This document shows, piece by piece, positions 18,630-31,164 of a stretch of 64,000 nucleotides of DNA; positions within the stretch are counted from its first letter, which is position 1; each line of letters begins with the position of its first letter. The notes below the pieces were generated by a model, which searched no databases, was not told the origin of the DNA, and saw only the letters and a list, made by a program, of their open reading frames with translations. Where the stretch lies: positions 1 through 64,000 of IMG/VR virus record IMGVR_UViG_3300045988_179014; one strand, given 5' to 3'. The stretch comes from a virus. A program made the translations under genes and the position numbers.

Positions 18630-19992
18630 ATACTCCTACACGAGAAAATAAATGGCTTTCACAAACAAATCTCTAAACCAGCAAAATAAATCCATGTAAC
18701 TGGGTTCTCACAAAATTTGTCGTCGTCCCCTTTTACAAGCCACACAACAAGACGGAACAAACACCAGCAAGACAGTATGACCGTTTGTTGATGTATTGAA
18801 CCAGAGCACAAACATTACGAACAATAATCATTTGACCAATACATGAAATCACTAGCAAATGACGACAAACTGTGTTGCCATGTAAGTGCAAAATGCTTCT
18901 GTCACCATCCATGCTGAAAACAGATGATTTAATCGTATTACACTTCCTGTCGTTTCAATACATTCTTAGTACATTGGACAAACTAGCCAAATATATGTAT
19001 GCCACAATCTTGGACGAAACCCAGTATAAGTAATTCACGCATATTGACAGGTTCATTGTTCAACAATCATGACACAAACATATCCCCAAAACACAGCCAA
19101 ATTACACAGTAATCAAATCAGCCATTCAACTGTCACCCCACTCCAGAGACAACAGATGAAACAGCAGCAAACAAAAAACATCATTGGTGGTAGCACTTTC
19201 AGTCCAGTTCATTGATTCACACTAAACACACCAAAAAATGTTTGTTCATGCTCAACTAACAACCGAATATACCATACACAAAAGGTGATGAGAAGAAATT
19301 CAAGGAATCAATCAAAACGGGCATGTTCACTTCGCCCATAACTCATGAACAACAACATCTGTAGTCTCACTAGACGCCCTCAATCGGCTGTAAATCCCCT
19401 TAACAACGCCAACAGCAAAGGGGTTTAAGGGTGTGGTCATCCCAAGCTCTCAGAAACCATTCTATGGCGAATCACAGCATACTCTGTCCAAACCAAGTCA
19501 AAAGTTAAGCAAACAAATAAACAAATTACAAAACCCAATCAAATCAGTCATCAACAGGAACAAACACAAGAACTGCCCCCACCGGTTATGTTCGATGTTG
19601 GAAATCACGAAATAGACCCAATTCGATTGCCAATACCCGGAAACAATCAAGCCCAAATAATTACAATAGCACCTCTACAAAGAAGTACCAGGAGAACCAA
19701 AACCAATCTTTTGAATCTCTTGACGGGAATCCAAACAAAAACCCTAATGAAGAACCCTATCTGAAAACCAATTAACCACTCTCAACTGTTTCCAGACTGA
19801 ACCATCACATTATGAGACCGGCCAAGAGAGCTAATACGCCAACCCAACCCGAAATCAAAGTGCCTCAATTCAAAATTCACACATGTCAGTCAATACAACA
19901 TCTCTTTCGTCGTCCCTAGGTAGGTTAAAATATCTTCTTCTTGAAACAACGAATACACAATTGATTACAGGAAGAACATTAATTGTACCTAT

Positions 19993-20070
19993 GTGGCTTA
20001 TTCATAACTCCCCCTCAAGTGTGTAGGTTGACTAGAAGCCGCTTGAAATGCCGCCTGTGAATAAGCCTCC
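19993..20070 (+). repeat. About 80-nt hairpin element, copy 2
   Basis: Stem ggcttattca (19995-20004) pairs with tgaataagcc (20058-20067). The loop carries ctcaagtg...gactag...gccgc...gccgcctgtgaataagcctc, as in copy 1. Confidence 0.5.
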
Positions 20071-23000
20071 ATGATTCGCTACATTGTTTTCCTTCCAGAT
20101 TCAAAACAAGAATTCAAACAAGTAACTATCGTCCCAACCAGTTCATTGGATTGTTGTTGTATTTACCTGTACTCCATTCATTGAAGACCTCAAATCTTGA
20201 CTCACCCAGTCTCCAAATCATGTGACAACATTTGTATCAGCTTTAGCATTACCCCCTTTAGTATTACCCATCCACTTATGTAGCGAAGGTAAATTCGGCA
20301 AATACAATAGGTAAAACCACAAGTTTTCTGCTACAAATGTCAACACAGTACTTGTAGCGAGAAAACAATGAGTTCATGATTAAGCAAGATTCTACCGCAC
20401 GTTTTTAGATAACAGGAGAATTGTTCACTTTTGTAGCGAAGAACCAATTGAAATAAGATAGAGGGGTATTTTGAAACGGGAATAAAGCCCATAACTCTAA
20501 CTCACTTCATTCAACCACAACACAAACTGAACAGGGGGTAAACCTCTCTTGAAACAAAAACCAAATCAGCATGTTACATGTAATGAGACCCTGAACCCAG
20601 ACATCTCTTACAACACCATAATAGTCAAATGTTCCAGTCCCATAAAAACATCAATCATCTCATTCATATATATTCTCAGCTTTTTGAGACTTTTTCAAAC
20701 TGCTCCACTCCACAGAAGCTCAACACACAAGCCATCAAGTTCTAAACACATGCTTTAACCCTGTTGTCAATCGTCGTCCCCAGTTGTTCGAAAACTATCA
20801 ATCATACACACTTGCCCCAAAGTCAAAACAGGCATCAAAAATACTGCAAATGCGCCCTCGTCAACATCCGCCAACCCAAACAATCAAAAACACAACCCAC
20901 TGCACCCCAATAAACCCCATCCATTCAAAACCAAACAACAATAAACAAAAATACAACATGACAGCAACTTCACTACTGTCACAGAACCAACTACTAATCA
21001 AACAACTTCTCTTGTCGTCACTTCATTCAACAACAAGCCCAAATTCGAATAAAGACATCAACGCAGCAGCCAAATTCAACCAACACGCTCGTCACAATTC
21101 CAAAAACCAAACAGTAACCATCTCTCCCACTGAATCCAACAACATGCTGACAATCAACAAGAAACACACTACTCCACGCACCTACCAAACTGCATTACCT
21201 GATTCAAACAGTATGTCATCATTGAAACACTCTTCCTCGTAACACAACCCCCTTCACACATCAAGCAAACACCATTTTTACAATTAAATGGGATTCAGCC
21301 GCCGTTCAACCAAAATCAATACATCAAATCAACATTCACCAACCAGCATGCAACATGTACAAAGCAAACACTCAAATCATTGTTGATGCTATTGACAAAA
21401 TCTAAGCAATGCAATTCAACGAAAACGATACAACAGCAATTGCAACACCCTCAACAACATGTAATACTCGCACACGCTTAGAGCAAAAACAAACAATTGG
21501 TACAGGACAAACAGACTTCTCGCTATGAAACAATCGAAACAGATTCCATCAACCTTGTAGAATTGCAGAACTCCTTCATTCAGGGAGGTGCAATCATGAG
21601 AACACCATCACAGTCCCCCCCCACCACCAAGACCGCAAATCAAGCAAAGATTCAGTACCAAACTGTATACAACCGCTCCTATCAATGCACTTCTGCACTA
21701 ATAAGCTCAGGAATCACTGTTGAACAAGTTGAATAGTATGGACACACCACTGGATTGTGTGCATTGTATTCAACAATTGGAACACTCGCCTACATTGATG
21801 AAATACAGCACACATCATATTATGAAAAAACACATTCCACAACACTTGATACATGACAAATAACACACACCTGAAAACAACAAGCAATCATCAACACTGT
21901 TCATACAGCGGTCACGCCATTGTTCACACTAGTCATTGAAAATCAAATTCAACAAAACGGCAAATCAACACCCCACTATCTCGCCAGTATTCATAACAGG
22001 TCAACAACTGTATCCAACCCATAAAGCAATGAAAACAAGCCCACTTCACCAAACATCAACTACCTGAACCTGCATCAGCGAGAAACAGTTCCATCAGTTT
22101 TGTCGTCCCCTCCCACTCCACAACCAATCCTACTTCATGATAAGCCAATAACGTTTATACATCCCCCATGAAACAAACACCAAAAACACACATACGGTTT
22201 CACATCACGTGTTTCAGAAAACCACAAAGATTCACCAACACACAAAACACCAACAGTTCAAGAAACCCCAACCTCGAATCCAGAACCCAGACAATCAAGA
22301 CTTGGATTCACAACATGCTCCCATATATACCTTGTATGGGGGTAAACTCAACCCTTCATCCAATACCCAAACCCATCCCGCCAGCAATTTAAAGCAACAA
22401 CAAAAACAAACTACACAAACAGACATCACAATGGGTATATGAACAAATTATGCTTTGATGAAAAGACATACTTGAACTGTATTCACAGTATCCAAAACAT
22501 TATTTCAGAATTGAACCATGTGAACAGTAGACAATACAAAACCACACTGACAAAAACTCCAACAAGTGCACAGTTCACATTCACGGTAATCGCGCCCAAC
22601 TGAAGAAACCAATAATCCAGCTTACACAGCAACTATAGACATTACCAGCCAAATCCAAAGCACCACAAAGATTCTATTGCTCAAGACATGCAAAAACAAA
22701 CCCAAGGAAATCAGCATCTACCCAAAGCACGCCCACTGTCAACACTTGCATGCACATCAAGACACAAACACCTGGAACCAATCAACAAAATCCCCAAGCA
22801 TCCAACTAGCCCCAAAACGATGCAACCTAATACAAACTTTTCATATTTCGTCGTCCCCGAGCAAGCAGTGAACACAAACCGCAATGAAACACCACATCTC
22901 AACAAACAAGGACGTAAAAACAAAAGAGGCAACAGTTGGCCACGAATCATTTGCGCTCATCAACAACACAAACAATCTATCATGGAATCAATACCAACTG

Positions 23001-26000
23001 TATCCATTCATGCCACCACATACTGACAATTTGAATCATGGTCAAACTACGTACTCTTTACACTCCACAATAATTCATTACCATGGCATGATTACAGCTC
23101 AATGGAAGCATCTTTCCCCAACTTGATTTGTTCACACTTGGTTCTGAATCATGAACTGTTGGTGAGTGTTCGTTTTTGTTTCACAGTTGTATGAAATGTT
23201 CGCAAGTTTGAGTGGGAGCAAGAAATACAGGGAAAGATTTGAAACATGGGGCCATTGTGCTCTGATGTGTGTTTTGTTGTTGTCAGTACTGAATGTCAAC
23301 ATGACCAAAGTTGTATGGTTGTGAGAATTCAATAACTGGTTTTGTGCATGTGCAGTAGAAGCTGCATGTTTTCGTGATTGTGTTTGCGGTTTTTGTATGC
23401 AATTGCCAATGAATGTAAGTGTAAAACATCAATCCTGTGGTCAATAGGGACAAATCATTTGCTGGAAAGTATCAAATGGTCATGAGTGCTTGCAGAATGA
23501 GCGTGTTTAGTGTGTGATGGCAGCATTTTTGTCAACAAGTGTATGTATTGATTTATTCTGATGGTTTATAGTTTTTGACAGGTTGGTGGGAAACTTTGGG
23601 AACAGAATGTTTTTCAAACCATGGTAATGCAGTGTAAACAAACCCACACTATAATCTAAGATTCACATCAACAGTTATCCGTCGTCCCCAGTACGGCTAC
23701 ACTTTTTGGCTATTGAAGACAGCATTTCAGTTTACAACGAAAGCAAACCAGTCAAACACATTGAAAAATCAAGAACCACAAAACCCAAACTCTTGCATCA
23801 AACACCTATAACAAATCACCAACATTCTGCCCTCACACATCCCAGCAATCAATACACCAACTCATGTATTGCGTGTTGCATCCAAAAACAAAACCAGAAA
23901 CAGCAACAAGAGAACTGTATCTCATTGTTGACATCACAGACTCAACAGGAGCACTATTTGTTACCCCCACTTTTCATACATCTGAACACGGCCCGAAATC
24001 ATAGCACTGTAATTCTCTCACACCCACCAATACCTCATTCTTACAGCACCACAACTCACACCCTGTTCTGGGCAAACACTCGTTGACCCTACACCCCCAA
24101 CCGTGCTACAAAACCCAAAATGTAAACAAAACCAGCAAAGAAACCCAATAAACCATCCCCAAAAAGAAACACTCTCAAAACCTCACCCAAACACGCAAAT
24201 ACACAAACACATGAAACACAACAACCCATACTCCCCAATAAGCAATCTCCGTAGAAACATACAAACCACTACCTATACCGAACCAAGCACATCTCAATCC
24301 AGACACAACACAACCAAATACTTCAATGAACCACAATTTCACAAACCATTCCCCCACAAACCGAATCGAGAAAAAACAATAAACAAGCAATCATATGAAC
24401 AGACTGATTAATACCAGGCAATGGACAACAAACGAAGACTGACAGCAATTCAAAATCTTCTATCGTCCCCCATTCAAACAGAAAATCTTCTCTACCACTG
24501 AAAACTATGTCCAATCATGTTTTTGAAACACCACAAAACCACGAACCGGACTCATACAGTTTCATCCAAGCCCCTTGAAGATGCATAACTCAAAGAAAGT
24601 GATAAACAACACATTGTGTTCATACACTGTCGTAATCGAACTTGTCACATAACACCAAAAGCACACGCGTTTTTTACAGAACCAACAATTTCAAACATAC
24701 TCCATCATATGTTTTCAATTTGGACAAGTAATCGCTGCTATGAAAAACATGTAATCAACCTTTAACACTTGAACCACATAACACGTAATTAGATTAACAG
24801 GGTTCAGCAAAATTCGCAGGTTCAACAGCCGCCAACCCCAGTTCACACAATGTTTCAATGATTCATCAACTATACATAAAGAAGATGTGCATATAACCAC
24901 ACAATACACAACGCCCATTTGCAATCACAATCATGGACACACTATGAACCGAACACACCTGACTACTGCACACACTTACTCTGTATCAACTCATGCCATG
25001 ACCATCACCACCAAAACCATGTGAATCATATATACGTTGACTGCAAACAAATCATTACCACAACATTTAACTTTGGTCACAACTTGATTAACGTCTTATC
25101 TCGCCCCAACTCACACCATTGCGACTTAAAACACTGACATCTCCCAACGTGCTGAGAATCCCACAAATGCACATAACATCAACCTGTAATGCCAACATGT
25201 GCAGATAGACAAACTCCCACCACCTACAAACATGCTCCTCAGAAAGAATGATTTGTCAACATCTGTGCACCATCAAAACCAAACATGTTCACCCAATCAA
25301 TTTCGTTTGTGACAGTTGACTTCCTCATAAACTTTAATACTCAAAATTCAAAGAAGATTTTTGCATCCCATTAGCACTAGACAAAACACTCTCATCAGTT
25401 TCATCATCACTCAGCAAACCACCCAACAAAACCGCAAAACCATCAACACCCACATCCCACACATAGTCCATTGACAATCAATAACATGAGCAGAAACCCA
25501 AAACCCAACTCAACCAATACCATCCCCCTCAAAACCGTCGTCGTCCCCAAGCAAAACAAACCAAACACCCAACCAGTAAGCTTTTCCAGACAGCAAAAAC
25601 ACAACCCACAACAATAACCAACATCAGAACCAAACCATTGAAACATGCTATACATCATTAGTTCATGTACATTCATAGTTTCCAACTACTTACAACAATC
25701 TTTGTCAACAGTCATAATCATGATGAGGGCAGCACATAGTCAACTAAATCTTTTCAAAAACAAGTTGATTCAAATTGATTACAAAACCCCATAATCTTTG
25801 GCGACCCCTCAAAACCAAAACCCAATACTACAAAACCCAGAAACAACAAAGTCAAAATATAGCAAATTCAACCGTTTACAAAGCAGGAGGGAATATTTTC
25901 AGCACAGACAAGACATTCAACAGGGTAACGTGTATTGTCAAGAGGCATATAGGTCGGGTTGTTGAAACTGTAGACGATGAATACAATATGCAAACATAGA

Positions 26001-26982
26001 ACATATAGGTTTTGCCGGTTTGTGCATGACCATTGAAAATTCACAGTGAGTTTGAAGATGTTGACATCTGGTTTCAGGTTTGTGGGCTCTGTAAAGGTTG
26101 AATGACTCATGGTTTTCATTACAAAGTCCACATATCTTTTTCATTGGTTGTGTTTTTGTGTGAAGCAAAGATTGGATGAACTTTGTTTGAGGAAAGATTA
26201 TTCAAACTGGTGAGACCGTGTTTGCTCGTTCAAACTGATAGAGTTATGTTTGTTCAATAAGTGATTTTTGCCATTTGAGATAGTTGATGTTCCTCAATTG
26301 CTGCGGTTGATGTTTGAGATACGGTTTCACTTCTATCATATTAGCGCTCATTGGGTGGTATCAAATTATCAAAACCCGATACGACAACACACAATTCTGT
26401 ACAACATGCAAACAGTCTCAACATTCACATCACACAAATCCACAAAACACACAAGCTTTCGTCGTCCCCATACTATAAAGACCACAAACAACTAACACTC
26501 CCATATGCATTTGAACCCACCCAACACAAGCGACCAAAAACACAAACAAACTCCACAAGAACAAAAACCAATTCTCTGACATCCCCAACCATGCTCTCAG
26601 TCACTTAGAACCAAGCACCCATGCTATTTGTCAACAAAGTAGTACCCAACAACACAAACAAAAATCACCATTCAACTCGAACCCCACACAGCATCTCCCC
26701 CCATCATGACCAAAACACAGTTCATACATACTCAACCAAACACAAAACAATGCCAAACCACACTCACACGTTTTTACAAAGTATTCCCACACACTAACCC
26801 ACAAACCAAAGAAACCAAACACTAATTCAACAACCAACACCATTAGAACCATAACAAGAAACAACAACCATTGAACACAAAAACCAACCCCACACCCAGT
26901 CACCAACCAAACACAGAAACAACAACAGAGTCATGTTTCCATATTTGTCAGCCATAAGTAAAAGACAGCAACCCAATGTATC

Positions 26983-27004
26983 CATGTTCATATGTCAACA
27001 CTGG
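26983..27004 (+). repeat. 22-mer catgttcatatgtcaacactgg (copy 1) followed by ttgttgtgtgaaat
   Basis: Exact repeat of the 22-mer at 29567-29588; the minus strand reads ccagTGTTGACAtatgaacatg (contains TTGACA). Confidence 0.45.
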
Positions 27005-29566
27005 TATTTGTTGTGTGAAATGCGTTCAACTCGCAACTTGACACGATTGAACACATGTACAGCAAAGCAGTGTTCATCAATAAGGTCAAAGTCTACCAAT
27101 GATAAGATTCCAGAACACTACATTGACCACCCAATTCCCAAACACTGTCTACATGTTGGTTGTATCCAGTACAATCCCTGATTAGCCTCAACAACATGTT
27201 TGCTTTCAGTTCAAGTATGATGCTCGCTTCTATCAGTAGGAAGATAAGACAACACTAACATCCCCATACATCACCCAACAGAAACACATTCAAACAAGAA
27301 AACCATAGACCCATTTCTGACAACACAATCAGCCACTCATTGGATGAAACTGCTCGTATCAGATTAAAGCGCATAGAGGTCACACTACTAACATTCACAG
27401 CCTCATCCATCACATTGACACATTCTCGCATCCAAAACAGCTGAAACACAAGAATACTATCCAATCACCAAACCCATAAAATGTTACAAAACCTCTCCAC
27501 AACGATTCACAAAAACATTCCCGTAGAAACCTTGTTCACATCAACACCAGAACAATAACAAACACCAATACAGAAGGATTGCAAAGAAAACACAAGAAAG
27601 CGACAAACCAACAAACATCCTCCCCATAACCATGTAACTGTTTCACACCATTATTTCACTTGCAGCCCAAATACCGACTGAACACAAATTTACACAGCTC
27701 AATTTCATCTACCGCCACTTTCACCAATTGGAAATCCAGCTCATCATAACCCATTCCCACCAACTACTTATCTCACTCATCATGTAACACCAGTTGACCT
27801 AATATATTCATTATGGCCCTACACAGTTCAAGGAATAATGTTTTCTGTTGTATGGGTGTTTAATAGTATTACGACTGTTGTCTTTCGTTCTTTTTGTTCA
27901 TTGGTTGCCTGAACAGTACAACTACTTGTCAACAATAGAACAAATGCTACAAAGGTTGAAAATCATAGATGTGTTATTTATAGGGGGCACATAGGTTTTC
28001 CTGTACTTGTTGAAAATATTTTCGTATGTTCTATGGTAGTAGTCATGGAACCTGGTTCATCAAGCGACAGGAACAAGGTATTGATTACATGTCCACACAA
28101 ACCATAATTTCACACAGACGGATAAACAAACAACAAAACAAATACACCCCTGTAACAAATCGTTGTCAGAAGCCATGGCAGTTATCAACAACCCATACTA
28201 AAACAGTAAACAGAGACAACCTTCATTGCACAGAATATTACAGTTGGCAACGTTTTGAATCCACATCACCATGCACTACTCTCTTTGCATGTTTTGAAAT
28301 CAACCAGCAATCTGAACAAACACAGAATCACCATACTGGCACACATTGATGAAAGAGTATCAACTGAGCCAAAAACATTACCTCACAACCATCAACCGTT
28401 TTCCATCTATTGACAGAATCCCAACCACTCAAAATTCTTCAACACCACAATTGCCCACGACATTGACAGTAGTAGACATCAACCAACAATAAACAGCGGT
28501 ACTCAACAATCAATCACATACAACACAAACACGAAACGAATTCATATCCTTCAAATATGCCTCAACCAGACTCTTCCACAATAGTTGGGAAACTAACTGT
28601 TACACATTATGTCATCATGCTGTAGTTCTCTCACCAGTTTGTTTTTCACATCCCTGTTTGGCATCCTATTCAAAAATACATTCAAGGTTAAACTCTGCAA
28701 CAACAATGTATTACAAGAGAGACATCCGTTTTATTACCCGTTTACTCATCCATGTGAAATTGTGTTTTTGTTAACATTTAGTCAGTACCATGTTCGTGTT
28801 GTTTGGCGGACTAGGTTTGGTAATTACTGTCGTAAGATGTGCAAAGATGTTTTCAGCCAATGTCGGAAACTCATTCAACCCACTATGAATAAACACCTGC
28901 GATTTTGAATTTTTGAGCCCCTGTTCTACCGTCGACGAGTTACCGTACTTTTTGGGTAATCAATGAATGAAAACGAAAGAAGAGGCAACAGTTGCAATGC
29001 TGTAAATCACTGAGATAGCGGAAAACATTTATTTGTCAAACTCCATAGACCCCCAATGGGAATGGTCACTCAGTATTACATGATGAAGAATTGACGGAAT
29101 AGACTATGATGACAAGTTTGACTGTTAATAAGCGAAAACAGCAACAGAGACAACCAAACCCGTATTAATTGGTATCCATCCAGTACTTGAAACACAAGCA
29201 AAGTAAAGACGCAAAACAACCACAGGAAGAACATTCATTGATTCTTTGCTATCCTGTGTTTCTCTGCAATCTCCTGCACCAATTTTTTACTGTTGCGATG
29301 CTGATGCAAACAGAACTCTACAAAGATGGCTCATAAATTGTTGTGAGAAAAGGTTACAACATTTCATGGGCTCAAACGATTGATGTTACACTCTCATGTT
29401 TTCAGCTGCTTCTGATGCAAAAATATACCAATGCGGCAAATGAAACACCGAAAGCAAACGACGCAACCACCACTCACCTTAATCCAATACAAACAGTTTC
29501 CTCCAACAGGCTACTTGATTATGTTGTCAGAAACAGGTCACAGTCTTCCTGTTCAAATACTGTGTT

Positions 29567-29588
29567 CATGTTCATATGTCAACACTGG
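29567..29588 (+). repeat. 22-mer catgttcatatgtcaacactgg (copy 2) followed by gttgttgtgtaata
   Basis: Exact match to 26983-27004. Confidence 0.45.
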
Positions 29589-30354
29589 GGGCGGCAGTCG
29601 GGCTGGTTTATAATCTTGAGTGGGTTGTTGTGTAATAGAGTTGTTGAGTGTAATCAGAGGTGTTGAATGCAGTTGTTATATTTCCGGGTTTGTTTTCATT
29701 GTGTAAAAACTGTAATCTGATGTGTTCATGCCGATGGATGACTAGAACACTGTATTACCAAAATCATCTTTCCCAATGAAGATTGAACAAAAACACAGTG
29801 AACAACTGACTATCATGTTTGGGCCGTTTAATTATGTATAGCGCAGCAGTTTTCGTTGACAGTGTTCATTATCAGAAATGAACCGCCACAATGCCACATT
29901 GACCATCCAGCACCAAAACACTATTAACACGACATCATCACCTCTGTGCCTGGTTCGCATGCAATCACGATGAACACATTACTGTTATGTTTGAGAACCG
30001 GTAATTATGCATGCTTGATGATTGAACACCAGAATCAACTGTGTTCATTCTTGTATTCGTGGTATCAATAATGTTTCAAGCCAGAATTCATTCATGTAAA
30101 CAATGAGCATATACACCAACTGGGGAAACAACACGCAAGCCACGAACAAAACCAAAAACACAAAATTACCAACCCAACCTCTCTTGACAACACAATGGAA
30201 ACAACAATCAACAAATAAACACAACTGAAAACATTGAACAAAAAAGAAAAAGAGGGACCAAACACACATCCGCACAATTCAACCCCACTCAACAACTCGT
30301 TCCCCACAACTCACACCCCAACCACCTGCCAACACTTCCCCCACCTTCCACCAT

Positions 30355-30393
30355 TTGTAAACACTTGCCCCCATTGTAAACACTTGTAAACAA
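30355..30393 (+). repeat. 3x direct repeat TTGTAAACA(CTTG) at the compositional-polarity switch point
   Basis: ttgtaaacacttg at 30355-30367 and 30374-30386, and ttgtaaaca at 30385-30393. + strand A/C-rich polarity ends and G/T-rich polarity begins at about 30400-30420. Confidence 0.6.
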
Positions 30394-30704
30394 TACTCGC
30401 ACAGCTCGTTCACTGTTTGTTCCAATCATCGGTGGCTGTTTTTACTGCTGCCGTTTTGTGCTTCTTCTGTCTTCGGGCTTGACCCCATCGTTTCGCTCCC
30501 GCCTTCTTCTCTCCCTACGGTCGGTCATCGGCGTCCGCTTCACTGTGGTTCCTGCACCCAACTTTGTTGCTTTCATTGGTTGCTGTTGTTGGCTGCTTGT
30601 GTTGATTGTTTTCAATTGTGTTGGTGCTGTGTGTTGTTGTATTGGTTTTTACTGCTTGGTTGTGTGTTGTTCTTGTTTTGTACATATGTTTGTTGTGTTG
30701 TTCT

Positions 30705-31036
30705 GCGCACACTTGTTTTCGTTTGTTGTTTGGTTGTTGGGTGGTTTTTCTTTCCTTTGTCGCTCTCTTCTATACTGTGTAGCGCACACTTCTGTTTCCC
30801 CATGTTTCATTTCTTCTATCATGTGTATTGTTGTTTGCTTGTTTCCATTTGTTGTCAATCATGTGCGCATACTTCTTTTCATCATATTGTGTTGGCTATT
30901 ATGTGTAGTATTGGTTGTGGCGATTGGATTGTTTTTGTTCATCATCACTACTGTTGACATTCTGTTTCCGTTTGTGTGTTGTGTACATGTGTTGGCGGTT
31001 GTTTTCGTCCTGCTTCCATGGTGGTGCGCACACTTT
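30705..31036 (+). repeat. Four phased iteron-like repeats GCGCA(C/T)ACTT (core palindrome GTGCGCAC)
   Basis: gcgcacacttg at 30705, gcgcacacttc at 30782, gcgcatacttc at 30865 and gcgcacacttt at 31026. Spacing is 77, 83 and 161 bp (about 80-bp phasing). Confidence 0.55.
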
Positions 31037-31164
31037 CTTGTATTCATTTTTGTGTTGGTGTGGCAGGTTTGTTGTGGAATCAGTTTGGGTGCTTTTGTTT
31101 TCATTTTGGTTGCTCGGGTCGGATTCCGCGGCTTCGGTTTTTGCGGCGATTTCCGTGGTAGCGT

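Larger units (their letters stand above)
13273..26469 (+). repeat. Dispersed oriented motif family: T-rich tract + CGTCGTCCCC, 12 intergenic copies
   Basis: Copies at 13273, 14441, 17011, 18720, 19907 (variant ...CCCT), 20771, 22102, 22848, 23680, 24463 (variant ATCGTCCCCC), 25537 and 26459. All are on the + strand (GGGGACGACGA on the minus strand), spaced about 0.75-1.3 kb apart, and usually preceded by TTT. Confidence 0.6.

Noticed and set aside
20784-21242. 152-aa plus-strand ORF (and similar 70-126-aa ORFs at 22688..23026, 23706..24086, 24103..24411, 28026..28349, 29343..29666) in the A/C-rich region
   Set aside because: - Extreme Thr/Asn/Gln/His/Pro/Lys low complexity mirroring the nucleotide bias.
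- They start at TTG/GTG immediately after a stop.
- The T-poor strand makes stops rare (about 4-5% per codon), so ORFs of this size are expected by chance.
- No conserved frame relative to the repeated motifs.
30355-30393. TTGTAAACA repeats as DnaA boxes
   Set aside because: Only 6/9 match to TTATCCACA. Retained as unknown direct repeats rather than DnaA boxes, and no dnaA/dnaN gene is in the window.
18460-30400. CRISPR array or rRNA operon as explanation for the ORF-free region
   Set aside because: No regularly spaced identical 25-40-bp direct repeats, and no matches to universally conserved 16S/23S segments (e.g. GTGCCAGCAGCCGCGGTAA) on either strand.
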